Source: a virus | Reading direction: 5' to 3' (one strand) | Virus record (IMG/VR): IMGVR_UViG_3300045988_141012 | Length of the DNA stretch: 64,000 nt | Made by a program: the position numbers and the translations under genes | Shown: positions 45,116-54,223 of the stretch, piece by piece | Numbering within the stretch: position 1 is the first letter of the stretch | How the letters are laid out: every line of letters starts with the position of its first letter | The notes under the pieces: generated by a model | What the model saw: the letters and a program-made list of their open reading frames with translations, nothing else | The model's database searches: none | Told to the model about the DNA's origin: nothing

Positions 45116-45144
45116 ATTATATTGCAAAATAATCTTATTGTCAA
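45116..45144 (-). promoter_or_regulatory. consensus promoter TTGACA-17-TATAAT for dinJ-yafQ
   Basis: -35 at 45144-45139, -10 at 45121-45116 on the minus strand. Confidence 0.7.
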
Positions 45145-45305
45145 TATGCCTTGAAACTAACATTTCTTTGTTTTTAAGTTGTTTTTCAATAAATCACGAT
45201 TCAATTTATCTACATAATTCATTCGTTCATTTTCGGCAATAGAATCTTTTTTTATGCCATTTTCAGTATATATAAATTGTATAGGCAACCTCATTATATC
45301 ACTCC

Positions 45306-45569
45306 TTAATTTATTTCAATGACTTCCCAAGTCCATATATATTCTTTGTCATCCACTGACAAATAAGCTACACCATCATCTCCACATGTAAAATCAATCT
45401 TTGCATTCCAATCATCATCTGAATTATGGCTTTTTTGTTTATATAAATTTTGTGAATCTTCTTTTACAAATATGTACGCATCTTTTTTATTATCGAATGT
45501 TTTATATCTTTCAATTTTCTCCTCATGTACTGCATAGCAGATTACTACATATTTCTCCATATTCTCCAT
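45306..45569 (-). CDS. hypothetical protein (87 aa)
   Basis: ORF track. Confidence 0.5.
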   Translation of the reverse strand: MENMEKYVVICYAVHEEKIERYKTFDNKKDAYIFVKEDSQNLYKQKSHNSDDDWNAKIDFTCGDDGVAYLSVDDKEYIWTWEVIEIN

Positions 45570-45582
45570 ATAAATATCACTC

Positions 45583-45780
45583 CTAATTTATTGTGTTATT
45601 TTTTAATTTTTCATCATACCACCTGCCCGATATTACATGTGTCAATTCTACCTGTAATACAAACATAGCTCGTAAGGCGAATTCCGCTTCATATTTTTCT
45701 TTAATTCTCCCAAGTTCAGTATCTCTTTCAAAATTTCCTGATTTCTCTGCTTTAAGAAATTGTGAATATAACTTTATCAA
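45583..45780 (-). CDS. hypothetical protein (65 aa)
   Basis: ORF track. Confidence 0.45.
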   Translation of the reverse strand: MIKLYSQFLKAEKSGNFERDTELGRIKEKYEAEFALRAMFVLQVELTHVISGRWYDEKLKNNTIN

Positions 45781-45840
45781 TTCATCATTAGTTTTGCCTT
45801 CAAATTTATTTGTCCAACTTATTTTATGTCCTCCAATTTT

Positions 45841-46173
45841 TTAATTAAATGTAAATTCAATTTTATCATTAATGAAGTCTGCTACATTATTAACTCTAAA
45901 GTCCTCTACCGCAAAACATCCTTGACCATTTTCACATCTATATCCAACTACTGGTTCTTCCCAACCTGTGACCTCAATCCAATATGATGTACCGTCATTA
46001 TCTATTGCCGGCATACCAAAACAAAGTGTTCCATTCGGATTGGGACATCTTGGAGCTTCGGTGTAAGGTGTTTTTGATATGATTTCTTTTATAAGAGCCT
46101 TTCCGCTTTCGGTAAACTCTCTTTCATATTTTTGCACCTTTATTGATAGAGGTGCATTTCTGTATTCTTTCAT
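45841..46173 (-). CDS. hypothetical protein (110 aa)
   Basis: ORF track. Confidence 0.55.
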   Translation of the reverse strand: MKEYRNAPLSIKVQKYEREFTESGKALIKEIISKTPYTEAPRCPNPNGTLCFGMPAIDNDGTSYWIEVTGWEEPVVGYRCENGQGCFAVEDFRVNNVADFINDKIEFTFN

Positions 46174-46224
46174 TTTAATCGCCTCTTAATCTTTCCTTTA
46201 TTTTACCATATTTATGTTGAATAG

Positions 46225-47223
46225 TCAACGGCTAAATATATCGTCAAGTAACGAAACAGCTTTTTTCTTTGTTTGTCCATCATTTACAATATATCTTTGT
46301 GTAGTTTCAATATTTTTATGACCGACCGCTTGAGATACAAAGTTTATATCCTTTGTTTCATCATATAAAATTGTACAAAACGCAGACCTTAATTTATGAG
46401 GACTTATTTCCGTTCCGATTCCTGCCTTTGAATATTTTTTTACCAAGTCCGAAACAGCTCTTGGAGATATTCTACTTCTTTGAACAGAAATAAATAATGC
46501 ATCAGAACGCATATCTTCTAATAATAATTCTCTGTCTTGTATCCATTCTATTAATGCTTCCTTTAGTCGATTATTAATAATGTATTCTTGTGTTTTATGC
46601 CTTTTATCAATGATTTTGAATGTATTATTTTCAAAGTCTATCTCATTCAAATTAATTTCCGTTAATGCTGTTTCACGCATTCCTGTATATATAAAGAGCA
46701 GCAGAATTGCTTTGTCTCTTGAACGCCAAGGTCTTTGAGTCTCAATAGCTCTATGCGAACCAACACCTCTATCCACCGCACTTATAATATTCTCCATATC
46801 ATTTGCAGTCAGTCTTATTCTTTTTACATTGTCCGAGTTTCGGACAGGTTTTATTTCATCCATAGGATTATCTTTAATAATTTTTTTCTTTTTCAAATAA
46901 AAAAGAAAGTTGTTCAATGCGGCATAAACAACTTTTCTATATGAAAAACTCGTACTTTGAACTTGTCCTTCTTTATTAGTTTTTTGTTCTTTTGTCTTTA
47001 AATATCGTGTTACAACAGTCTCATCAATATTATTTATGGATATATTTAATTCTTCTATAAATTCAATAAATCCCTTTATTATCATAATATACATATAACA
47101 TGACTTTGGTTCAGTAGATGTTGAGATGTTATAATAAAAGTCTGCTACAATTTGTGGCAGACTTTTAAGTGTTCGCTTGATTTTCTGTTCAGTTTTTATT
47201 TGATTTTCTAATCTTCCTGTCAT
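46225..47223 (-). CDS. int: tyrosine recombinase / phage integrase
   Basis: C-terminal catalytic pattern TGMRETAL, HKLRSAFCT, GHKNIETTQRY. Confidence 0.85.
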   Translation of the reverse strand: MTGRLENQIKTEQKIKRTLKSLPQIVADFYYNISTSTEPKSCYMYIMIIKGFIEFIEELNISINNIDETVVTRYLKTKEQKTNKEGQVQSTSFSYRKVVYAALNNFLFYLKKKKIIKDNPMDEIKPVRNSDNVKRIRLTANDMENIISAVDRGVGSHRAIETQRPWRSRDKAILLLFIYTGMRETALTEINLNEIDFENNTFKIIDKRHKTQEYIINNRLKEALIEWIQDRELLLEDMRSDALFISVQRSRISPRAVSDLVKKYSKAGIGTEISPHKLRSAFCTILYDETKDINFVSQAVGHKNIETTQRYIVNDGQTKKKAVSLLDDIFSR

Positions 47224-47244
47224 TAATGTTCACTCCTTCTTTTG

Positions 47245-48087
47245 TTATATAGGCATTGACACTAGACAATGACTTACAGTTGTGTCATAATGTCCCCACC
47301 AAACCTGAGGTTCAGAAAACTCCATATATTTTTTTGTAAGTTTTCCATCTGGAGTATATTTATAAAACTGTCTTAACTTATCAGTTGGAACATTTACCGA
47401 AGGTACTCCCGTATAGTTATGAAAAATCCTATCATATTTGTTAGGCATAGCTTCTCCTATAGCATATTTCTTCCATTTCCCTTCTTCGTCTTTTACACCT
47501 TTATATTCACTAAAAGCTTTATCTATTTTTAATTTCATATCATACAAATATTCTGCTCCCGCAGGTGATAAACAACCTCTATCCTCTTTACGTATATTAA
47601 GATAATCTTCCATCTCATAATCATGAGCATCTCTACCATACTCTCTTTCTTCTTTAATAAACGCTTGTCGTTTCACATATATCGCCATTGCTTTCTTTTT
47701 CAATTCAGTAGGCATATCGTCAATCCATTCTTGAGCAAATGCCTTTCCCCATTCACGTTTTCTCGCTGCAATCAAACATTCATCATCAAATTCCTTTTGC
47801 CTTTCAGCCTTTTCTTCATCAGTCAACTTATCGTAAAATTCCCAATGTTTGCGATTGCTTTCATGTAATTTTTCCATATACTGATCGTGTAAGCTTTGTG
47901 AAATTCCGTTGTTACCACCTGTTCTTTCTTTGTGTTTAGAATATGATATAATACCGGCTACTCCAAAAATAAATATCGTAAGAAGTGTACCACCAACTGG
48001 TGTACACAATGCACAAAGTGGTATCCAGCAAATTAAACCCACGATTATTATGGTTCTTATCTCTCCTGCATCTCCATTAATTTTCAT
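47245..48087 (-). CDS. membrane-anchored hypothetical protein (280 aa)
   Basis: Two N-terminal TM segments, then a charged soluble domain. Confidence 0.6.
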   Translation of the reverse strand: MKINGDAGEIRTIIIVGLICWIPLCALCTPVGGTLLTIFIFGVAGIISYSKHKERTGGNNGISQSLHDQYMEKLHESNRKHWEFYDKLTDEEKAERQKEFDDECLIAARKREWGKAFAQEWIDDMPTELKKKAMAIYVKRQAFIKEEREYGRDAHDYEMEDYLNIRKEDRGCLSPAGAEYLYDMKLKIDKAFSEYKGVKDEEGKWKKYAIGEAMPNKYDRIFHNYTGVPSVNVPTDKLRQFYKYTPDGKLTKKYMEFSEPQVWWGHYDTTVSHCLVSMPI

Positions 48088-48121
48088 TTTATTTCCTCAC
48101 TTTCTACTTTCCCTCTAATTC

Positions 48122-48340
48122 TTAGCCTTCCAAAAATATTAAACTATCTTCATATTCGTCAAGTTGTTCTTCTGCTGCTACCACACTTCTGCTCTTAAAC
48201 CCAAGTTCTAGAAGTTCTTCGGGTTCAAATCCGACATAGAGCAAATGCTTTGCAACAACCAACGGTTTTCCTCCATACCTCATATTTGCGACTAATTTTT
48301 TCAATAATTCTATTGCTCGTTCGTGTGATATATTTTCCAT
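48122..48340 (-). CDS. hypothetical protein (72 aa)
   Basis: ORF track; GAAAGGAAAA upstream. Confidence 0.5.
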   Translation of the reverse strand: MENISHERAIELLKKLVANMRYGGKPLVVAKHLLYVGFEPEELLELGFKSRSVVAAEEQLDEYEDSLIFLEG

Positions 48341-48399
48341 TTCTAATTTTCCTTTCTATATTTACCTTTCATTTAATATATACCACTATTTGCTATTTT

Positions 48400-48640
48400 T
48401 AAACAAAATTCTGTGATATTTTTTATTATACATACATCCTATACCCTTTTATGTCCCATATAAAGGACTTGAAACCTTGCTGTGAACCACCACGAAGCTA
48501 AAGACTTCGTGGCTTCTTGCTTCTACGTCCTCGTAACCTACTAACTCCACAAGCGTAAATTCCGATAGTTCCTACCGTACTATATATTTTACTAAGCTGT
48601 TTTCTCTAACAATCTTAATCCTTCATTAAGAATATTCTTA
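48400..48640 (-). ncRNA. probable TnpB guide RNA scaffold (omega/right-end RNA)
   Basis: Locally GC-rich, hairpin-dense non-coding stretch directly 3' of tnpB; limits approximate. Confidence 0.45.
48490..48512. repeat. right-end hairpin CCACGAAG-CTAAAGA-CTTCGTGG
   Basis: Perfect 8-bp stem read directly. Confidence 0.8.
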
Positions 48641-49704
48641 GCAGCATTGATGTCCCTATCGTGATGAACGCCACACTTAGGACATGTCCATTCTCTGACT
48701 GATAAGTCTTTAGTTTCTACATTGATAAAACCACAGCAACTACAAGTTTGACTACTTGGAACAAATCTCCCAATTTTAATATACTGGCGATTATTCCAAT
48801 CAGCTTTATATGTTAATTGTCTTGTTAGCTCATACCAATCACAATCAGATATTACTTTTGCAAGATTATGATTCTTCATCATATTACTTACAGACAAATT
48901 CTCACTAACTATTACTTGGTTTTCGCTAATAAGTTGATGTGAAATCTTGTGTAAATTATTAATTCTGATATTATGAATCTTTTCATGTACCTGTGCTACT
49001 TTGATTCTCTGTTTGTTCCAGTTTTTACTACCTTTTTCTTTATGAGATAACTTGCGTTGTTCCTTTGCAAGTTTCTTCTCATATTTTTTAGTAGTACGAA
49101 TATTGTCAAACTTTTCTCCATCAGAAGTGATAAGTAAATCTTTTATACCTAAATCAACACCAACCATACAACCAGTAGATTCTATTGGAATGTGTTCAGT
49201 CTCTACTAATATCGAAACATAATATTTACCGGATGGAACTTGTGAGATAGTTGCGGATTTGATTATTCCTGTAAACTCTCTATGAATTTTAGATTTAACC
49301 CATTTGAGCTTTGGAAGTTTAATTGTGTTCTTCTTAAAATCTACTGTTATATTGCCATTCGTAAAATTTGTTATGTATGACTTATGACTATCATGTTTAC
49401 TCTTAAACTTCGGATATCCGCTATGTTCCTTGAAGAATTTTTTGTATGCTGAATCCATATTATATACAGCATTAGTTAATGCAAATTTATCTACTTCTTT
49501 CAACCATTCGTATTCTTTTTTAAGAATTTGATTTACATAGTTATTGCAAGCAAATTTATTCATAGATTCTTTTTTCGTTTCATACATTTCTTTCCTATAA
49601 GATAATGTTCGGTTATATACAAATCTACAACATCCAAGAGTCTTTTGAATTTGTTCTTCTTGTTGGTTGCTCGGATATAATCTGTATTTACAAGCTTTTA
49701 ACAT
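48592..49704 (-). CDS. tnpB: TnpB RNA-guided nuclease (IS605 orfB type)
   Basis: [13 protein letters not shown]-terminus; [11 protein letters not shown]; VIVSENLSV; CSCCG...CPKCG zinc finger; [11 protein letters not shown]. Confidence 0.9.
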   Translation of the reverse strand: MLKACKYRLYPSNQQEEQIQKTLGCCRFVYNRTLSYRKEMYETKKESMNKFACNNYVNQILKKEYEWLKEVDKFALTNAVYNMDSAYKKFFKEHSGYPKFKSKHDSHKSYITNFTNGNITVDFKKNTIKLPKLKWVKSKIHREFTGIIKSATISQVPSGKYYVSILVETEHIPIESTGCMVGVDLGIKDLLITSDGEKFDNIRTTKKYEKKLAKEQRKLSHKEKGSKNWNKQRIKVAQVHEKIHNIRINNLHKISHQLISENQVIVSENLSVSNMMKNHNLAKVISDCDWYELTRQLTYKADWNNRQYIKIGRFVPSSQTCSCCGFINVETKDLSVREWTCPKCGVHHDRDINAAKNILNEGLRLLEKTA

Positions 49705-49756
49705 TTACTTAACACCTCCTTCCGTTTGTATATTCTCTGTTTTATATGATTCTTTA

Positions 49757-49779
49757 CCGATAGGCTAAAGATCTATCGG
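49757..49779. repeat. left-end hairpin CCGATAG-GCTAAAGAT-CTATCGG
   Basis: Perfect 7-bp stem; loop shares GCTAAAGA with the right-end hairpin. Confidence 0.75.
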
Positions 49780-49799
49780 ATTGCGAGTCTCTATCACTT

Positions 49800-50081
49800 T
49801 CAAGACTTAATCTTATGTAAAATTTCAATCAAATTATCTACATTATATCCTCTGCTATCTAATTCATATATTAAACTGCTATCAGTTACTTTATCCATAG
49901 CCGCTGGATCACCGATAACCTCACGCAAGGCTCTTATTGCCATACTACATGCATGATATTTAGAACGTTGTTCTCTCTTAAACACACTGCATTTTGCTCG
50001 TATTGAAGATATAACTGAAATTGCATCCCATACTTCTTCCTCGTCCCACTGTTCCATATTAATCCTCCTCAATCTTAACAA
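49800..50081 (-). CDS. hypothetical protein (93 aa)
   Basis: ORF track. Confidence 0.5.
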   Translation of the reverse strand: MLRLRRINMEQWDEEEVWDAISVISSIRAKCSVFKREQRSKYHACSMAIRALREVIGDPAAMDKVTDSSLIYELDSRGYNVDNLIEILHKIKS

Positions 50082-50412
50082 TTATTTCCGTACCCTCATA
50101 ATTGCCCGACAATCTTTTTACTTTCATAACATTGCCCGATTCGTAATCTTCGATAAACTCGATTAATGAATCTATCATCGTGCAAAAATCTCCAAGTATC
50201 CAATAATGAGAGGCTCCAACCCTCAGATGTTCACACAAGAATTCCTCCAAGAATTCTCTTGCTTCTCTCCTAACCTCACATTCATCACCTACTTTAAATT
50301 CTTTTGTTCCTGCATACTCCCAATCATTAATTTTCTGGCAATTAATTTCTTCTGGATTTTCTATGCGAAAATCACCATCATGGTATAAGTTATATATTAT
50401 GTTTATTTTCAT
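50059..50412 (-). CDS. hypothetical protein (117 aa)
   Basis: ORF track; GAGGAGG upstream. Confidence 0.55.
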   Translation of the reverse strand: MKINIIYNLYHDGDFRIENPEEINCQKINDWEYAGTKEFKVGDECEVRREAREFLEEFLCEHLRVGASHYWILGDFCTMIDSLIEFIEDYESGNVMKVKRLSGNYEGTEIIVKIEED

Positions 50413-50426
50413 TTCTTAGTCCTCCT

Positions 50427-50576
50427 CTATTCATTATCCCAAAACACTTCTGGATATGCAAATTTATCAAAGTATTTACTCATTTGATTAATATATTCCC
50501 TTGCTTCTACATTTGTTTTGAATCCTTTAATCGTTCGTATATCTCCTTCACTATCTATCCATTCCACCCTATACAT
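50427..50576 (-). CDS. small hypothetical protein (49 aa)
   Basis: GGAGGTAGCAAA then ATG; MYRVEWIDSEGDIRTIKGF... Confidence 0.45.
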   Translation of the reverse strand: MYRVEWIDSEGDIRTIKGFKTNVEAREYINQMSKYFDKFAYPEVFWDNE

Positions 50577-50588
50577 TTTGCTACCTCC

Positions 50589-50605
50589 TTGAAATCCGAC
50601 TTTCA
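50589..50605 (-). promoter_or_regulatory. TGAAA-N6-TTTCA intercistronic motif copy
   Basis: Minus strand TGAAAGTCGGATTTCAAGGAGG. Confidence 0.4.
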
Positions 50606-50634
50606 TTATATACTCTTTATATTTATCATAACTA

Positions 50635-50802
50635 TTAAATGATAAGCGTACATGGCACTATACTGGGGAACACCACTCTTGCTGAACAGTACAATTCATA
50701 TAATTCAGCATATAATTTTACATTCTTAACTGTTGCAACAAAATCATAATCATGTATTTGTTCTAAATCAAGTTCATCAATCGTCACAAAACTCTCTGAC
50801 AT
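50635..50802 (-). CDS. small hypothetical protein (55 aa)
   Basis: GGAGGGGGG then ATG 50802. Confidence 0.4.
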   Translation of the reverse strand: MSESFVTIDELDLEQIHDYDFVATVKNVKLYAELYELYCSARVVFPSIVPCTLII

Positions 50803-50846
50803 AATATCAACCCCCCTCCACTTATTGTCCTTCGATTATATTTTCT

Positions 50847-51044
50847 TTAATCAAACTTCATTGGTTCGCTTACCCTTACTACTTCAAAAATTCTCTTACC
50901 AGTACCTTCCCACACAAGCTCTGCATAATTTTCCACACAATAACTATTTTCTTCATCAAAATCTGAATCTTCAAATGCAAAATCATAGTAATAATCCCAC
51001 ATCGATTCTAAATACTTACAAGCCTGTTCTTCCGTATCAAACAA
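50847..51044 (-). CDS. hypothetical protein (65 aa as tracked); probably starts at ATG 51103 with a frame break at an A5 run
   Basis: Frame is open upstream without a start; a strong SD plus ATG is out of frame by one base. Confidence 0.5.
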   Translation of the reverse strand: MFDTEEQACKYLESMWDYYYDFAFEDSDFDEENSYCVENYAELVWEGTGKRIFEVVRVSEPMKFD

Positions 51045-51130
51045 ATAAACTTCATTTTCCGGTTCGCCAAATGTATAATAAACTATAACTGTATATTTTT
51101 CATATTATTTACCTCCTTAAAATGTGCTTT

Positions 51131-51433
51131 TCATTGTCTTGTATAATATGCTCCATATTTACTTTCAACTCTCTTTGTAAGTCCTTCTACATCAAAGAAT
51201 TGCGCTTCATCTTCTGTTACTTCCATAACACAAGTACAATTTTCAATTAATTCCCTTTCCCATTGTTCTCTTGGCTCTCCAAACAGAATTTTCAATGCAA
51301 CCTTATCATCAATTGTAGGTGGAATTTCTGTTTTTATTACATAACTACAAGCTTTATTACTATCATATTTTTCACTTTCTGTATCCTCATCGCCAAAGAA
51401 ACATAATTCATACCAATATATATTTTTATCCAT
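51131..51433 (-). CDS. hypothetical protein (100 aa)
   Basis: Start moved to ATG 51433 behind GGAGGTAAATAAA. Confidence 0.55.
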   Translation of the reverse strand: MDKNIYWYELCFFGDEDTESEKYDSNKACSYVIKTEIPPTIDDKVALKILFGEPREQWERELIENCTCVMEVTEDEAQFFDVEGLTKRVESKYGAYYTRQ

Positions 51434-51500
51434 TTTATTTACCTCCAATTCAGACTTGAAATTTCCGTTTTATATTTACTCATTACTCTCCACTCGTAAA

Positions 51501-51734
51501 CTACCATTTGAAATCAATATAATGACAAGGAATTTCCATTTTATCTCCATGTTCTGTTACGATGGGTAAAGTTCCCCATTCATCAGATATGACTACTCCA
51601 TCTCTAATATCACGGCTAATCATGAATGAATCTTCATAATCTATCCATGTTGCTCCAACAATCCAACCTTGATCTCTGAACACACAAAGTTCTTTAGCTT
51701 GCGTTTTCTTTAAACAAAAATCCTGTACTCTCAT
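51501..51734 (-). CDS. hypothetical protein (77 aa)
   Basis: ORF track. Confidence 0.5.
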   Translation of the reverse strand: MRVQDFCLKKTQAKELCVFRDQGWIVGATWIDYEDSFMISRDIRDGVVISDEWGTLPIVTEHGDKMEIPCHYIDFKW

Positions 51735-51900
51735 TACTTTTTCCTTTCTAAAATCTACATTTCATTATACATATAAATGTCGTCCTATATAATGTCTTTC
51801 CCATGAGGAATCGTATTTTACACTCTGTAAAAAGTCAATAATTTTAGTATTATCTTCACATTCTCTATCTTTTGTACTCGGAAAAACATCATATGCGTTT

Positions 51901-51969
51901 GCCAAACAATCAAACTTTCTTATTATATCCTTTCCAAAAGTTCATTCGTAGTTCCATTGAAACTGGTTT
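51901..51969. repeat. 69-bp direct repeat, copy B
   Basis: See copy A at 44227-44295. Confidence 0.9.
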
Positions 51970-52069
51970 TTTCAATAGCTTCCGTTTTGTCAAAACCAAT
52001 AACAAAAAACGAAAAGTTTTCATCTATCATTCGGATTACCCATAGGTTATTCATATCAAAAATTTTCAT
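51923..52069 (-). CDS. small hypothetical protein (48 aa as read)
   Basis: AAGGAGAGATAATT then ATG 52069; runs into repeat copy B out of frame relative to copy A (A6 run at 51967-51972). Confidence 0.4.
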   Translation of the reverse strand: MKIFDMNNLWVIRMIDENFSFFVIGFDKTEAIEKTSFNGTTNELLERI

Positions 52070-52083
52070 AATTATCTCTCCTT

Positions 52084-52281
52084 TTAAAATTTAATCTCAA
52101 AACCAAAATGACAATATCCGTAAGTATCAGATAGCCAATCGGATATATCATCTAATAATTGTTCTTCATCATCTTCATAATCATTAACATCAAATTCATC
52201 AGTAATGTCAATTTCTGTTGGCAATGTTTTTAATAATTCTTTATCGCCGTCTGTATCCCATTTAATATTTATTATTTTCAT
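52084..52281 (-). CDS. hypothetical acidic protein (65 aa)
   Basis: Start moved to ATG 52281 behind GGAGG. Confidence 0.5.
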   Translation of the reverse strand: MKIINIKWDTDGDKELLKTLPTEIDITDEFDVNDYEDDEEQLLDDISDWLSDTYGYCHFGFEIKF

Positions 52282-52298
52282 AGCTATTACCTCCAAAC

Positions 52299-52946
52299 TT
52301 AAATATGGCAATCAACTACTGTTACAATAGTATCTTCATCTAAATTGTCAAGAAATTCTTTAAACTCTGATTTCCAATTATCTGTAGCTTTTTCATTGGA
52401 AACACAAGCCCACCAACCCATTTTGCCACGTTCGTGCCATTTTCCAATAGGAGTAACAAAGGCAAAAGGTATTATATCTTTCCAATCAATTTTGGATACA
52501 TAATCTTCGTTTGTAGCTTCACCGGACAATGTTTTGAGATAATTATTCCATCTTCCTCCAATAGTATACCAGTCCCATTTTGAATTGGGATTATAAATAG
52601 ATAATAAATCTCCATTTGGTTCAATCATATCTTCATCAAAACTCCGTTTTATGTCCTCATAACATTCGTCATCAGTCCATTCCAATTTTTTGGGGAATTT
52701 ATTTTTTAAATAATTAATATGTTCTACATTGGAGTGACTTTCCTCATACTTTTTTGGATTTGATAAATATTCTGCATAAAGTCCATTCTTGTAGTCCTCT
52801 ATTTCTTTTCTTATTTTTGCTATTGCTTGTTCTCGTGTATACTGTACGTACGGAGCGTACACAATATTTTCATCATATGGAGCAAGCAATTCCTCAACTG
52901 TTCTTCCATTTTCTTTTGTAAACACTAATGTAATAAAATGTGACAT
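52299..52946 (-). CDS. hypothetical protein (215 aa)
   Basis: ORF track; AAGGAGG upstream. Confidence 0.6.
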   Translation of the reverse strand: MSHFITLVFTKENGRTVEELLAPYDENIVYAPYVQYTREQAIAKIRKEIEDYKNGLYAEYLSNPKKYEESHSNVEHINYLKNKFPKKLEWTDDECYEDIKRSFDEDMIEPNGDLLSIYNPNSKWDWYTIGGRWNNYLKTLSGEATNEDYVSKIDWKDIIPFAFVTPIGKWHERGKMGWWACVSNEKATDNWKSEFKEFLDNLDEDTIVTVVDCHI

Positions 52947-52978
52947 AGTATTTTCCTCCTTATAATTATTATTTTCTC

Positions 52979-52995
52979 TTGAAATCGTTGTTTTA
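52979..52995 (-). promoter_or_regulatory. TAAAA-N6-TTTCAA intercistronic motif copy (one half degenerate)
   Basis: Minus strand TAAAACAACGATTTCAAGAGAAAATAA; about 25 nt shared with the copy at 55341-55372. Confidence 0.35.
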
Positions 52996-53280
52996 AAATT
53001 TTAATACTTCATTGATTATTTCTAATGTGTTTTGAGCTTCTTGTAATTTTTGTTCCGCAATACCTCTTTCCTTCTCAAGCCACTCTGTAACATACTTCTG
53101 TATCATTTTTTCGTCCATTAAATCTGTTTGAACATCAATATTTTTATCAATTATCTTCACGGAAATATGGCTAATTTGTTCCCATTTCCCGCTAAAATCC
53201 TGATAATATAATCTCGGAAACATTTCTCTATGTGTCTCGTATATCTTATCTTCTTTTAGTTGTTGATTAACTAATATCAC
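52993..53280 (-). CDS. hypothetical protein (95 aa)
   Basis: GTG start behind GAGGTC. Confidence 0.5.
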   Translation of the reverse strand: MILVNQQLKEDKIYETHREMFPRLYYQDFSGKWEQISHISVKIIDKNIDVQTDLMDEKMIQKYVTEWLEKERGIAEQKLQEAQNTLEIINEVLKF

Positions 53281-53347
53281 GTTATTGACCTCACTTTCTA
53301 ACCCAAGAAATTATCATTGTTTCATTTGTTAGTTAAAAATCATCTTT

Positions 53348-53668
53348 TCATTGATTTTTAATTTCCATTGGAATTAATTCATAAATTTTTAATTCATCAA
53401 CCTTAATTCTATTTTCGTTCTTTTCATCTATGATCTGTCCAATGATATTATTATTCTCAAATATATTTTCATTTTTAATATTCTTTATTTTTTCTAACAA
53501 ATTTTCAGCATCTTCATAATTCGGTAAGACTGATGCAGTGTTTAAGTCGCATTCATAATACACTTTTACAATTTCGTTCCAAGTTTTACACGCTTCCCAT
53601 GACGTCATTGTTCTTAATTTAATTTTAAGAAAATTCCATTCATTTAATCCTATTACATACATTAACAT
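53348..53668 (-). CDS. hypothetical protein (106 aa)
   Basis: ORF track. Confidence 0.5.
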   Translation of the reverse strand: MLMYVIGLNEWNFLKIKLRTMTSWEACKTWNEIVKVYYECDLNTASVLPNYEDAENLLEKIKNIKNENIFENNNIIGQIIDEKNENRIKVDELKIYELIPMEIKNQ

Positions 53669-53812
53669 CTACCTCACTTTTTTAGTAAATCATCGCTTCA
53701 TTATCTCTTTTCAAAATATTTTCCATTGTATGAATATCCATTAGATAAACAATGCTTTATTGCTTTCTGCTTAACGCACTCTTTATCTTCATTAGAAATA
53801 TTCCAAGCATCA

Positions 53813-54223
53813 TTATATAAAGGTATGTGGTAGATTTCCTCTTTCAAACATCAAAACCATTCCATCATTATAAGTAATACATATGTTGTAGTTCCTCAAC
53901 AGCCAATTACTAAAATCATTTTCATAATAAGTTTTTACTTTTTCATAATAAGTTTTTACTTTTTCATAATAAGTTTTTACTGTGTCTAACTTCTTAATGT
54001 TTTGCAATAATTCACAAAGGCAACCAGTTAGTCCTTCTATTGATTCAGAAATTACAACAGGTGTTCCAACTGTATTACGAGCTAATAATTGAACTCTATT
54101 TATATTAGGATTTGAACTTTTATATCTTTGTATAACAACTGCTGATTTTGAATTATAACTATTCATCAAAAGAGAATACCACTGTCTTGCATTACTTTTT
54201 CTTTTTTTTGCATTTGTTCTCAT
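53813..54223 (-). CDS. hypothetical protein (136 aa) with VKTYYEK x3
   Basis: ORF track. Confidence 0.5.
   Translation of the reverse strand: MRTNAKKRKSNARQWYSLLMNSYNSKSAVVIQRYKSSNPNINRVQLLARNTVGTPVVISESIEGLTGCLCELLQNIKKLDTVKTYYEKVKTYYEKVKTYYENDFSNWLLRNYNICITYNDGMVLMFERGNLPHTFI
53921..53983. repeat. 21-bp tandem repeat x3 (coding)
   Basis: ttcataataagtttttacttt repeated three times; last copy has one change. Confidence 0.9.

Larger units (their letters stand above)
48440..49795 (-). mobile_element. IS200/IS605-family element carrying only tnpB (no tnpA); ends approximate
   Basis: Subterminal hairpins on the same strand at both ends with near-identical loops, bracketing tnpB. Confidence 0.6.
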
